DNA of 64,000 nt from Octopus sinensis (GCF_006345805.1 NC_043002.1:77252001-77316000); one strand, 5' to 3'; counted from the first letter of the stretch, positions 34,197-48,006 are shown. Numbers and translations: made by a program. The notes: a model not told the origin generated them from the sequence alone.

Positions 34197-34844
34197 CGAA
34201 GGGGGAAGGTCTTAATGGTCTTTCTATTGACAGCAATAAAAATCATCAACAGTTGTATTATCTCAACAGTTGGGTGGTGATGATACATGAGCAGAAGTTT
34301 GCAGTGTTTCACTTACATTTTGGTAATGAGATTATTTGTATTAAAGGTCATCATCATAAAACTTTATATCTTTTGTTCCTTCATCTCTTCCTCCCTGTTT
34401 CTCTCTCTCTCTTCATTGTTCTTTCTTTATTTCTTTCCATGAGATACTTTTTTTAAATCCTTTTCTCATGTCATCCACCTCTCCAAAGAATATACTGGTT
34501 GTTAGCAAGAGAGAGAGAGAGAGGGTGAGAGAGGCAGAGAACAATGAGAGCAAAGATAATGTGTATTTGTTTTTTTTTTATTCCATCTTTTCTCTCACTC
34601 TTTTCTCTTTCTCTCTTTTCACTTTTCTCTTCTTTTTCTTCTCCTTCCTCTCTCTCTCTCTCTCTCTCTCTCCTTCTCTCTTTCATCACTTGTATTATTT
34701 TGTCACTCTTTTATCATAAATACTAAAACCACACAACACATGGGTCCAGATTTCACAAATAATTCCCCTTCTCTTTCTCTTCCTCTCTCTTTTTATTCCC
34801 CCCCTCTCTCTCTCACCCTTTATATATATACATATATATTATAC

Positions 34845-34897
<53 letters not shown>

Positions 34898-34898
34898 C

Positions 34899-34971
<73 letters not shown>

Positions 34972-35447
34972 CACACCACACACACATATATATATATATA
35001 TATGCATATTACATATAAATCAATAACCAAATGTAATGCTCACCCACTCAAACCATTCATTTACCCATAGATTTAAATAAACCATTAACGTCCATCTTCT
35101 CTATGGTTTCAACTTCCTCCTAATTGCAAAATCGACTCCATTCACACACACACACACACACATACACATGCGCATGCATGCACGTGTGCACACCACTCTG
35201 GTATTCTTCTAGTTTCGTGAAAGCAGTTATGCATTCAATGTAAAGTAGTCATTGCAAACCATTTAACTATCCTTATCTCACTCTGGCTTATTACATTTAT
35301 TTAATTCTGTTTTGATTAGCTATCTTTCCGAAATGAAACCAACCACTCCATTCATCATAACCAAAACATGATTTCATATGAAGAAGAAAAAAGAAACAGA
35401 TTTTTAAAAAATTGTTTAAAGAGAGTAATTTCTTCATTTCTTTTTAA

Positions 35448-36152
35448 CCCTTTGAATTCCAACCTATCTCAGACTGCTGTTGGTCTTTCAGCTACAAAAC
35501 CACATTACATTCTATTCTAAGAACTGTGTTGTTTTTTTTAATGTTCTGAACACCAACTGAATTGTATCAATTCATCATCATCATCATCGTTTAAGGTTCG
35601 TTTTCTATGCTAGCGTGGGTTGGACGATTTTGACTGAGGGCTGGTGAACCAGATGGCTGCACCAGGCTCCAATCTTGATCTGGCAGAGTTTCTACTTCTG
35701 GATGCCCTTCCTAACGCCAACCACTCTGAGAGTGTAGTGGGTGCTTTTTACGTGCCACTGGCATGGGGGCCAGTCAGGCAGTACTGGCAATGACCTTGCT
35801 CAAATCTTTTTACACATGTCACTGGCACAGGTGCCAGTGAAGCGACGTTGGTAACGATCACGCTCAAATGGTGCCCTTTTACATGCCACGAGTATGGAAG
35901 CCAGTTGGCTGCTCTAGCAACGATCATGCTCAGATATTGCTCTTGGCACCCTACTAGCACAGGCACAGGTGCCAGTAAAGCTATGCTGGTAACGATCATA
36001 CTCAAATGGTACCCTTTTATGTGCCACTGGCATGGAACGGAAACAATTAAATTACAAAAATGAGATATTTTATTAAATTCATCCAAATTCTTTGATTGTT
36101 TTCAAAATTAAATTAACTTAGTATTTCACAAGAAATATGGTCATTAAGGGGC
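35448..36152. mobile_element. piggyBac-type MITE interrupted by an RTE-like LINE 3' end (-, ~35572-36032)
   Basis: Left end TTAA-CCCTTTG and right end AATATGGTCATTAAGGGGC-TTAA resemble the intact MITE at 59687-59909. The inserted LINE end carries ~5 tandem units. Confidence 0.6.
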
Positions 36153-36184
36153 TTAAGCAAATAGGTGTTTGAGAAGATTTGTCA

Positions 36185-36610
36185 AACCAAGTGAAACCAT
36201 AATCGTGACCATTGCCACTGTAAAATTGTAGCCATGGCTGTTACCAGTGTCATGTAAAGGGTATCACATAGAGGTTCTCTCATTGGTTTCTCCTCCTCCC
36301 CTTTTACAGTTTCATAGTTTTGAGTTTAGATGGATCAGCAGAAACGAAATATTCTTTTCTACTCTAGGCACATTACATCGACCCCAGTATGTAACTGGTA
36401 CTTAATTTATCGACCCCCGAAAGAATGAAAGGCAAAGTCGACCTCGGCAGATCAGCAGAAACAAATAGGAGTGGCGTTAGGAAGGGCATCCAGCCATAGA
36501 AACCATACCAAATCAGACTGAAACCTGGTGCAGCTCTCCAGCTTACCAGTTCAAGTCGAACCGTTTAACCCATGCCAGCATAGAGAGTGGACATTAAATG
36601 ATGATGATGG
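36185..36610 (+). mobile_element. Fragmented RTE-like 3' end with an antisense family B SINE at ~36340-36455
   Basis: ACCAAGTGAAACCATAATCGTG (ORF-end-like), then the tail GGCGTTAGGAAGGGCATCCAGCC...ATGATGATG, which runs into a GGT/GGC expansion. Confidence 0.65.
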
Positions 36611-38094
36611 TGATGCTGGTGGTTGTGGCGGCAGCGGTGGTGGCGGCGGTGGCGGTGGCTGTGGCGGCGGTGGTGATGGTGATGGTGATGGTGGTGATGA
36701 TGATGACAACGACAATGACAATATAGCTTCTCCTATGTCCCAATGTCATTAGCTTCTGTATAGCTGCTTAATTTTCAAAAACTGGTTCTGAACCTTGACT
36801 GAGCAGACCTGTGAGCAAAGGAATTCTAAGACCTATTTTCCCATTTTATTTATTTATCCATTTATGTATTTATTTATTTTTTTATATTTTTGTTAAACAT
36901 TAGGATCTGATTTAAGGGAGATTTAGCCTCTAATTTTGGTATGTTGAGTGACTAAGAACAGCATGACTGGAGATCCTTTTTTTAGTACCTGGCGTGAATT
37001 GTAAGTGCATGAGGAGCTTTGTGGATGCACCTGTGCTGATAAAAATAATAAATCTTTAATTTCACAAATTCAAAGGTATGCAACTGATATTAAATTACTG
37101 CTTTGGTCTTAAGGCTTAAACCATTTTTATCATATAGGGTTTTTACAGACATCCCCAGCAGGTAAATAAAATCTCGCCACAGGCAAGAGGTTCTCCAACT
37201 GTGACTGAGGCTTTATTGTTGGTTTGAAATGGCAAAAGTAATATACTAAGATAAAACGAAAAATAAAAATGTCTCTGGTGACTAAGAAAGTACTTGTTTT
37301 ATTATTTTAACATAGTTTTGACTAACATATGGAATGGTAGTAGGACTGATGCAGATGGTAGTACGAAGGACTAAATGATCTGCACACCTACCCTTCCTCA
37401 TCTTTGGGTCCTCGACTCCTGGTGTTATTTATTGTAAGGGTGCCGTCATGATATACAACATGTCTTGGGTATTTCAAACCTGGTGGACTTCATCCCTGGC
37501 CAAGTCTGAGCAGAGTTGATTTTTTTTCCACAGAGAGAGGGGAGAGGGAGACAGAGAGAAGAAGGAGGAGGAGGAGGAGGAGGAGGAGAATTGACTCCAG
37601 TGTTGAAGTGGCATTTTATTTTTCAGCCCTAAAAGGCCGAAAAGAAATGCTGACCTCACCATTATTTAGGGCATTATTTAGAACTTGGAGCACAGAGAAC
37701 CTGAATGTCAAATGCTCTGATGACTCTATCAGTTTGCCTATTGTGCACTAGGAGTCTACACTAGGACTACAATTTGTGTTCAAATCTCATGAGTATTAAC
37801 TTTGCTGTTTATTCCCCAGGAACATATTAGGGTGAATCCAGGTATTTTCACCATTCCTCTGGTCTTATACCTAGTCAAAAATAGCAACATTTAATAAATA
37901 ATGCATTTTTTTAATAAAGTTTGGTAGAAACTTAGTTGATTTTTAACTTGTTGAATATTAATGCAAAGAGGACAGTTATATTTTCAATGGTTTGTGTACC
38001 TTGGCCATCTACCTACCTTCCTATCTATCTATCTATTGACTGATCCTTCACCCATTCAAAGAAAACCACCCACACATCCAGCCAGCCATTCATT

Positions 38095-38137
38095 CAGTTT
38101 GATCCATCCATCCGTCCGTCCATCCATCCATCCGTCC

Positions 38138-38220
<83 letters not shown>
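38095..38220. repeat. (ATCC)n/(ATCT)n microsatellite
   Basis: Direct inspection. Confidence 0.95.
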
Positions 38221-39883
38221 CTGTTAGCATATCTGTCTGCTTGCCTAGGTATGTAGGTGGGTGTGAGCATCTTTCTATGTCTCTGTCAGTTTAGCCATTC
38301 ATCCTGTTCAATTATTTGATAAACTACAATCGCTTAATCAACTGAACTAGGTCGCAGGAAAAGGAAATGTTTGTTGAGACACTCAATAACTGACCAATAA
38401 TCAGCTAGAATGCATTTGTGCATGTGTGTGTGTGTGTGAGTGTGTGTGTGAGAGAGAGAGAGTCAGAGAGAGGAGGGGGAAAGAGGGTAACTGAGATGTA
38501 ATTGTATGCATGTGTAAGACTATAAATAACAACCTATTTATTTGTTTGGGGCTATGTCATGCTTCATTACAAGTGCTACTTGGAGTTGTGAACTTGAAAT
38601 GGTTAACCTCTATTTTTAATGCTCTTTATTTGCCATCAGTTCAGCAAAATACATCACAAACTCATCCATGCTGCACTATCAACATTTGTATTTTCAAATG
38701 TTTATGATTCAAATAATAGTTTTGATACTAGCATTTAATGGTCCATAAATAGATGACTTACCAATTTCTTTTCTTTTCTTTTTTAATGAGTTAAACATGT
38801 AATTAGATAGGTAAAAAATTTATATGTAAGATTTCACATCCCAAACAAGATGACCACATCTGAAAACAGCTGGATTCAGGTCTCTGTTTATAACTATATA
38901 TCTATTTCCTTTAATTTACTGAAAAAATATGAGGTGAAGATATAATAGCTGTGTGCTGTAGACTTTACAACACTTTGTAGGTCTTCATTGAGCAGCAAAC
39001 ATAAAAAGAACTAAGGGTTTTAACAAGTGACATAAAAATGGTGAAAAACATCAGGAAATAGTGCCAAAGTATAGTGTATGTATAATCAGTCATTTGAAGA
39101 ATGGCCAAGTTTAGCTAGAAGCATAAAATAATTGAAAAATGCTTTTAAAAATCTAAAATTCAAGAGAATAAAAGGAAAGAAAATATTTTGTACAGAAGTA
39201 AAATATAGATACAATAGGTACAGGGATACCTGTGTGGATATGGTGTTCACTTTGTAACCGCATGGTTTTGAGTTCTAGCTCACTTCACGGTACCTTCAGC
39301 ATTACTATTCTACTCTATAAAGGTGGCAGGCTGGTGCAATCGTTAGCATGCCGGACAAAACTCCTTAGCAGTATTTCGCCTGTCACTACGTTCTGAGTTC
39401 AAATTCCACCGAGGTTGACTTTGCCTTTTGTTCTTTCGGGGTTGATAAATTAAGTACCGGTGAAACACTGGGCTCAATGTAATCGACTAGTCCTCTCCCG
39501 AAAAAATTCAGGTCTTGTGCCTATAGCAGAAAGGATTATTATTCAACTCTATCCTCAGGCTAATCAATGCCTTGAGAGTTGAGTTTGTGGACAGAATCTA
39601 TACACAAGCTTGTTGTGAATGTATGTGTGTGAGTGTTTACATTCTACATATTTGCATGAAATTGTTTGAGCAAGGAAGGGGGACATTTTCTTGACATGCC
39701 CTGTTAATATAGATCATCCAGTAGCTCTGCACTTTCAAAGACAATTGGAATAAAAAAAAAAGAGAAAGAAATCCATTGAAAAACAGACAATGGTTAGTGA
39801 AAAACGAGGCACCCAGCTGTAAAACAATGCCTCAAAGACAAGTATTCATTTAATCTATACTAGCATAAAAAAAAACCCAGATA

Positions 39884-40275
39884 GGCGTAGGAGTGGCTAT
39901 GTGGTAAGTAGCTTGCTTACCAACCACATGGTTCAGGGTTCAGTCCCACTGCATGGCACTTTGGGCAAGTGTCTTCTACTATAGCCTCAGGCTGACCAAA
40001 GCCTTGTGAGTGGATTTGGTAGACGGAAACTGAAAGAAGCCTGTCGTATATATGTATATATATATGTATGTATGTGTCTGTGTTTGTCCCCCCAACATCG
40101 TTTGACAACCGATGCTGCTGTGTTTACGTCCCTGTAACTTAGCGGTTTGGCAAAGAGACCGATAGAATAAGTACTAGACTTACAAAGAATAAGTCCTGGG
40201 GTCGATTTGCTCGACTAAAGGCAGTGCTCCGGCTTGGCCACATACAAACAACTGAAACAAGTAAAAGAGAAAGAG
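39884..40275 (+). mobile_element. SINE family A, full length, relatively young
   Basis: Close to the window consensus, with retained CpGs. Confidence 0.9.
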
Positions 40276-40552
40276 AAAAGATATATAATACACGAATGAA
40301 CTAGCAGACATGTAGAATCAATGAACATATTGTCCTGTTCTGACAACCATTTCTGTTACTGGGTAGCTACAAATAACAAAATAAAGAACCCTTTACATAA
40401 ACCAAAGGCACCAAATTTCAATGATGCTGGCTCTGCTGCAGCTGCTGCTACTGATGCTCTGCTGCTGATGTAACAGTTCTAATGCTCTGCTCTTATTCAA
40501 GTTAAGAGTTACTGTTATTTTAAATGGTTTAACTGTTGTTACAATATATATA

Positions 40553-40606
<54 letters not shown>

Positions 40607-40771
40607 GTATGTATATATATATATATAGCATGACATATAATACCTTTTTAACCAAAATAGAAGACAGACAACCGAATTAGTCACGGGGGGGGGGGTAGGT
40701 GGGTGGAATGGGGGTGGGGCTTTATTTTCTTTTTCTTTTTCTTTACAAGCAGATCATATCAATGTTCATCT

Positions 40772-40834
<63 letters not shown>

Positions 40835-40974
40835 TTCTCTCTCAACAGATTGTGGCTTTTCATATTGTTTATTCATTTATTTATTTCTATACACTATTCA
40901 ACACCACAAACAGTAGTATTAAGCAAGAATAACAATTGTTCCTTTGTTTGTTTTTCATTTTTGATGGCAATTGC

Positions 40975-41010
<36 letters not shown>

Positions 41011-42067
41011 GTTATTTTATTTATGTACACATGTTTGTTTGCTGCTTTCTCATTTCTTCTTCTTCTTCTTCCATCTGCTTATAAAATAAAAGTAAATTGA
41101 GAAAGATTCACAACATGATCTATTTATAATTATATCCTTTACAGCTGTTGTGTACCCTGTACAAAGTTTACCTGTGTGTGTGTGTGTGTGTGCGTGTGCG
41201 TGCAGATACTTGCACCTCTGCCTTTACCAGCCAATCACCTACCCGCAGGGGGAGATAAGAAGAGAATGACTTCTGACTGTATTACTTTCCCTTCATCGCC
41301 CTCTTCCCTAGTCATTCCTACCTTATCTTACATACCATTAATGTATGCTAATTACCTGCAACTTCATGAAAAGCAAATTTTTTTTTCCCATTTATGCAAT
41401 CCTATCTTTCCTTCATTTCTTTTTTCAATAAAAAAAAATTTAATCATAGCTTCAATTTTATATATCTAACACAGCATTACAAATATGAGGGCTTCTCATA
41501 ATTTCTCCTCTTAATACATCACACTTCTCTACACATACATTTCTTCCTCTTTTGTTCTTCTCATATCTATTCTCTACTTTCCTTTTACTTGTCTCAACTT
41601 TATTTCAGTTTTCCTCTTTTTTATCTGCTTCTTTTTTTTATTTTTCTTCCGCCATTTTTTTGTTATTCTTCTACTTATTTTGATTATAATTCTAATCAAT
41701 TTTTCTCTTTTTTTCCCCCCTCTTTCCTACTATCTAAGCTTTATTTATGGGAGACTAATGCTGTTGCACAAAATAATCTATTTAAAAAGCAAAAAATTTC
41801 TTGAAAATTATTCCTAGCGATTCACAAGAATATCAATCAACCTAATTTCACAATTCTATGAAAAAAAAATTCAATGTTTTTATATTTTTATTTTTTATTT
41901 TCTATTTTTTATTTATTTATTCTTGTGAAAACAACCACCACAGCCACTGATTATCAGCAAAATATATAATTCTGATATTTGTTATGAAGTATTATTCTCA
42001 CCATAACATTGTTGAGGTGCCCTGAGAAATAAATAGGATTTTACATGAAAATAGTCCAACAGAAGTA

Positions 42068-42375
42068 TCATCATCATCATCATCATCATCATCTTAATCA
42101 TCATTTAATGCCTGTTTTCCATGCTGGCATGGGTTGGATGATTTAACAAGAGCTGGCTCTTGTCATCGGTTTTGGCATGGTTTCTACAAATGGATGCCCT
42201 TCCTAACACCAACCACTTTACAGAGTGTACTGGGTGCTTTGCACATGGTGCTGGCATGGGTGCTTTTTATGTGGCTCCAGCACAGTTGTTATTTATGTGG
42301 CACCAGCATGAGTGCTATTCACATGGCCCTATCACAGGTGCCTTTTATGGGGTGCCAGCACTTATGGGATCGCCA
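42068..42375 (-). mobile_element. RTE-like LINE 3' end
   Basis: Family tail plus short tandem units. Confidence 0.7.
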
Positions 42376-42489
42376 AGTAGCTCGCAAGTCAAGGACACAC
42401 AATAATATAAACCTGGTGAAACATTTTGTTATACTACCTCATTCATATTCCCAGTTAAATAGACGTGTGTGTGTGTGATGAAATGATTT

Positions 42490-42962
42490 TCTTTTGCTTT
42501 TTCTGACAAATTGACCTTTCCTCATCATATAAAACTTATATCTGATGTCTTCATGGACAACATTTCTGACTGTTACTTCTGACACACGGAGATTTTTTGC
42601 AATTGACTTCATGAACTTTCTGGGATTAAAATCGATGGTCTGTTGAACTTACTGGATAAATCAAGTGTTCTGATGATTTCAGAGCATTTAGAATGCCATT
42701 TATGCTTTGATACTGGTGATACGTTTCCATCTTCAGTCTCTAGCTCCTTACAAACTTTGTAGATGAAAGATCAGGCAACTTTTAAAATTTGAGATATTTC
42801 TAAATCACCATGCTCAGCTTTTATAATCACAATAACAGCATACTTCTTCATTTCTTGTGTAAGCTGAGGGTCTGCCATTATTATTTTCTGAAACAAAACT
42901 TTTACAGAGTTAGCAAAAATGCAGCAATGACCCAAAAAGGGTATGTCCTCAAATACCTTATA
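42490..42962 (-). mobile_element. Tc1/mariner-superfamily (maT-like) transposase N-terminal pseudogene
   Basis: The minus strand reads MADPQLTQEMKKYAVIVIIKAEHGDLEISQILKVA*SFIYKVCKEL...KSIAKNLRVSEVTVRNVVHEDIRYKFYMMRKGQF, an HTH followed by a VHEDLRYKSY-type linker. The maT assignment is inference. Confidence 0.7.
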
Positions 42963-43353
42963 AATACATACATATATATATATGTGTGTATACACACACA
43001 CACACACACACATGTTTTGTAAGTTCAATTACATGATATAAACAGAGAAACTTCAGCTAGCAATCGAATGAAACCTGACTTTCAAATAAACTACACCCTG
43101 AATATTTTTTCTTGTTTGTACAGCCAAAAATACACAAATTACATTTCGACTTGCTACCTTATATAGACTTCCATCTGTCAAGATACTTAATGTAATGCAC
43201 TTATACAATGTAGCCCTCTTTAGATAAGACCTTATATTGCCTTGTTATTAAATACCCTTCTCAGACATATCAGTGTAGTGCAATGAGGTCCACTGCAAAA
43301 TAGCAACAAGATGATGCAAATACTATGCAGTGTAACAATGTACAACTAATACC

Positions 43354-43768
43354 TATTTATTTACTACCCACAAGGGGCTAAACACAGAAGGGACAAACAA
43401 GGACAAACAAACAGATTAAGTCGATTATATCGACCCCAGTGCGTAACTGGTACTTATTTAATCGACCCTGAAAAGATGAAAGGCAAAGTCGACCTCAGCA
43501 GAATTTGAACTCAGAACGTAACAGCAGACAACATACCTATTTCTTTACTACCCACAAGAGGCTAAACACAGAAGGGACGAACAAGGACAGACAAACGGAT
43601 TAAGTCGATTATATCGACCCCAGTGTGTAACTGGTACTTATTTAATCGACCCTGAAAAGATGAAAGGCAAAGTCAATTTCGGCAGAATTTGAACTCAGAA
43701 CATAGTGGCAGATGAAATACCGCTAAGCATTTTGCCCGGTGTGCAAACGATTTTGCCAGCTCGCCGCC
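43354..43768 (-). mobile_element. Family B SINE head-to-tail dimer with a single 16-bp TSD
   Basis: A full copy (43535-43768) and a 5'-truncated copy (43354-43530), flanked by ATGTACAACTAATACC at 43338-43353 and 43771-43786. Confidence 0.85.
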
Positions 43769-44074
43769 TTATGTACAACTAATACCCTATGGATTAAAAC
43801 TGAGGTTTTCATCTTCTTTTGTCTATACATTCACTCAGCATTGTCTTTCATATAAACTGCAGTGTTTATGAATATAATATGTAACTCTCTTATGTAGAAA
43901 GTGTATTAAATTAGATAAAATAAATGCTTTATTTGTGGACTTATGGATCATAATAGACTCATAATTAGGCCAACATTATTCGAACGATTATAGACAAAGA
44001 GGCCGGGACTAATAGAATAATCAACAAAAGATGAAAGTTTTTAGTTAACAAGAGAGAATATAAAACTTTGCTGC

Positions 44075-44335
44075 CATCAAGGAAGTGGCATGTTTGATAT
44101 AGAGAAAACAATTAGATAGGAACTCTGTACTGTGTACCAAATGTAAACAATGGCAGAACAAAAGATGCTGCGGGGTCTCAAACTGGTTGACAAAGAAGTA
44201 TTAGATAACAGAAGGTTAGCATTGAAAGCACCCATGAAATGTGATTTTTCAACACTCCAGAAGGCTCGCCAGAAGTAACTGATAGATTCTGTCACCTAGA
44301 TTCTCCTTCCTGGCAGTAGAGACAAGGTGGATGCT
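44075..44335 (+). mobile_element. RTE-like LINE ORF fragment (Cys/His finger region)
   Basis: Broken frames read RNSVLCTKCKQWQNKRCCGVSNWLTKK and EVTDRFCHL...GGC, resembling the finger and LEVVDSFCYLG..GGC segment of RTE-clade ORFs. Confidence 0.6.
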
Positions 44336-44569
44336 GTGGAAGCCTGGTAATGTCAGAATTGTTAGCACATAAGACAAACTGCTCAGTGTCATTTCTTCCA
44401 GTTTTTTTATGCTCTGAGTTCAAATACCACTGAGGTCAACTTTGCCTTTTTTTTCTTTTCGGGGCAGATAAAATTAAGTTCCAGTGCAGTACTGGGTTCA
44501 ATGCAATCAACATAACATCCTCCCCTAAAATTGTTGGTCTAGTGCCAAAATTTGAAACCATTATTATTA

Positions 44570-44597
44570 TTATTATTATTACTACTACTACTACTAC

Positions 44598-44690
<93 letters not shown>
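44570..44690. repeat. (ATT)n/(ACT)n microsatellite
   Basis: Direct inspection. Confidence 0.95.
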
Positions 44691-45277
44691 ATAAACGAAA
44701 GACAATGCTTCAGACTTAACATTTACATATGACAGTAATAATTCATTATCTAAATATTGATATCTATATTTTTAATGCTTACTTATAAAATGTGCACACA
44801 TACACATATACATAAGCAGATGCATGTATGTGTTAAAGAACAAGGTAGGAGAGGGAAGAAGCAAGAGAGAGGGTGTGGGGAAGGAAGTGGAAAATTTGGA
44901 AAACAGGATATAAAAAAAGCATAAAAGAACTTGGAAATAAGACAATGCAGTAACAATTTCCCTTCCTGAATACGTCTGCTGATGAAGAAGTGTAGTAAAA
45001 CATTAAAACAAGGAGGAGTGTGAAGCATTAGTGATAATACATTTGAATATGTAACATATATAATGAATAAATAAAATTCATATGCCATTATATTAAAAGT
45101 AATATCCAATCTCTTATTTATGATGAACATGCTGCACCTAGAAATGGTTTATATGGAGAAATTGTGTAAAATAACCCTATTTGAAATTTGTAAACTTATC
45201 CGCAACACTGTTCATGTATATATAGTTATATAAATCATCAGCAGTTCTTATATCTGCAAAAAAAGCACACTCTAAGG

Positions 45278-45560
45278 CAGTGGTTCCCAAAGTGGGTGGA
45301 ATGATCCAGGTGGGTGTTGAAGAAAAATGGGGCAATAAAGGGGTGAGCAAAATGGGGTAATGAATGTAAAAGAAACAAACAAAATAAAGTTTTAATTAGG
45401 TAAAGTTTTATTTGTGAAATACTGTTGTTTTGAATTTGTGACAGAAAATGGTTAATGTCTGTGATAGTGAGTGATAGTGGTGGTGGTGTGGGGGGGGGGC
45501 ACTAGGAATATAGCCTTAGAACTATGGAAGCAGCAGCCTGAAAAAGTTTGGGAACCACTG
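45278..45560. mobile_element. hAT (Charlie-like) MITE, 283 bp
   Basis: 14-bp TIRs CAGTGGTTCCCAAA/TTTGGGAACCACTG and an 8-bp TSD CTCTAAGG/CTCTAAAG (7 of 8 match). Confidence 0.9.
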
Positions 45561-45842
45561 CTCTAAAGCATAGTAATAATATAGTAATAGTATATTGTTA
45601 AAGGAAGGCAGTGAGCTGGCAGAAATGTTAGCATGTTGGGTAAAATGCTTAGCGATATTTCGTCTGTCTTTATGTTCTGAGTTCAAATTCTGCCAAGGTC
45701 GACTTTGCCTTTCATCCTTTCGGGGTCGATAAATTAAGAACCAGTTGCACCTATAAAGCACTTACCAGTATAGGCGACTGAACAGACTCAAGTGGCTGAA
45801 GGCATTTGAGTCTAAAAAGATGCCTATACTGCTATGCACTTT

Positions 45843-46886
45843 ACAGTGTACATTTAAACACATAAGAGGTATCTGTCACAGGATTCCTGGCACGCTAGAA
45901 GGAACAGCCAAAATCCAAACCACTATTAGGGATAAAATTCAAAGGGAATGAAAGATAAAAACATTTACCATCTATCTCCTGGACCATGGTTTCTGACTTT
46001 TTTTAGCAAATAAAATAATTTATCAACAGTTACGCCTAGATTAAATATATAAATATGAGGCAATCCAGCATGTGTCCCATGCTTATACGTTATAATTTTT
46101 CAAATCTACCTTACAAGCGCAGTTTTTTGTTGGTAGCATATAAAATAATGCCAGCGTTAAAAAAAGTCAGAAACTGTGGTCCAGCAGATAGATGGTAAAT
46201 GTTTGTATTTTTCTTTCCCTTCAAAGCTTATCCTTAATAGTGGTTTGGATTTTGGCTATTTCTTCTAGCGTACCAGGAATCCTATGATGGATATCTCTTA
46301 TGTGTTTAAATGTACACTGTATTTATATGAATAATATATAGTCTATTGACTAATTTTTCTACACACTAGGCCACTGGTAGTAAAAATTTCTAAAATTATT
46401 ATTACCCTGATATTATTAATTATTGATCATTTTTTTCTGGAATATTTTCGAAGTAACACCAGCATTATTTTATTTGCTGCCGACAAAAAACTGCGCTTGT
46501 ACAGTAGATTTGAAAATTATAATGTATAAGTACGGGGCACATGCTGGACTGCATTTTACTTATATGTTTAATCTAGGCATACCTGTTGATGAAGACTTTG
46601 CCTAGCAAATTATTTTATTTGCTAAAAAGGTCAGAAACCATGGTCCAGCAGATAGATGGTAAATGTTTTTATTTTTTTCCCCTTCAAAGTTTATCCCTAA
46701 GAGTGGTTTGAATTTTGGCTGTTCCTTCTAGCATGTCAGGAATCCTATGATGGATGCCTCTTATGTGTTTAAATGTACACTGTATTTATATTAATAATAT
46801 ATAGTCTATTGACTTATTTTTCTACACGCTAGGCCACTGGTAGTAAAAATTTCTAAAATTTTTATTACCCTGATATCATTAATTAT
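45843..46886. repeat. Nested inverted/direct repeat complex (X' B | X Y | B' X Y)
   Basis: 45843-46160 is the reverse complement of ~46460-46783, and 46161-46423 is directly repeated at 46626-46886. Confidence 0.85.
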
Positions 46887-46898
46887 ATATATATCAAT

Positions 46899-46930
<32 letters not shown>

Positions 46931-47795
46931 TGATATATATTGAAGCACAAACATAAAAGCTATAAATAGTACCATGCAAATATTGAGTTGAAAAACTCTT
47001 TTGAATAGAATACGTTGAAGATTGCCTATGGGACTCAAACCTACATCTGTAGACATGACAAGTGTTCTAACATAGTACCAAAGCAATCCTAATTTCTTGA
47101 AACCATGAATCCACAAACACTTTCTACTTCACTAGAATGTAGGACAATTCAGAATAACAAGACTAAGACTTAAAAGATTCACAAACAAGCATAACAGATA
47201 TATATTCCCATCAACGGCTGCCAAATAGATATTATTACGGTTTTGACCCGTGGCAATATATTGCCACATTCATTTAGTTCCATCACATTAGAAATTAAAG
47301 CTGTTTTCAAAGGTTTTCTCAGTCATGACTGACAAGTTTATACAACAATAAGAAAGTGGTGTTAAAAGGAAATTTATATTTATTATCAGGAAACTTCTTA
47401 GTTTTTCCTTTAAAATCTGGAAAATCTATCAAAATCTGGAAACACCCTCTGCACTGTTACAACACATAAGCCTTTCTAGCACAGACCTTTGAAGATAGGT
47501 TTACAGTCACGGATTATTTGTTTATGAGATAACTGTATCAAGTTTTAGCCGTAGCTCAATTAGCAAAGCATCTAACCGGCAGGTGAATGTTATGATTTTA
47601 GCTGCACCTATTGGGTATTGTGTTTACTTAATAGATCACTTCTCACTTTGATTTCATTCGCATGTAATGTAAATAGATATGTATATATGTATCATTATCA
47701 TTTAACATCCTTGTTCCTATATGTATGTGTGTGTGTGTGTGTGTATATGTATATATACATATACGCATTTATATATACATATATATATATGTATA

Positions 47796-47880
<85 letters not shown>

Positions 47881-48006
47881 TTAATATATGCACATACACA
47901 TATATAAATGCATATGTAGATACATACATATAGATATATATACACATACATACATACATACATACATACATGCATACATACACACATATATATATGTGTA
48001 TATATA

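Noticed and set aside
36528-36752. Gly/Asp-rich ORF (GGCGGSGGGG...DDD)
   Set aside because: It starts inside a LINE tail and runs through the mutated (GAT)n/(GGT)n tail expansion.
47545-47585. GCCGTAGCTCAATTAGCAAAGCATCT, resembling a tRNA 5' half
   Set aside because: No anticodon arm, T arm or B box follows.
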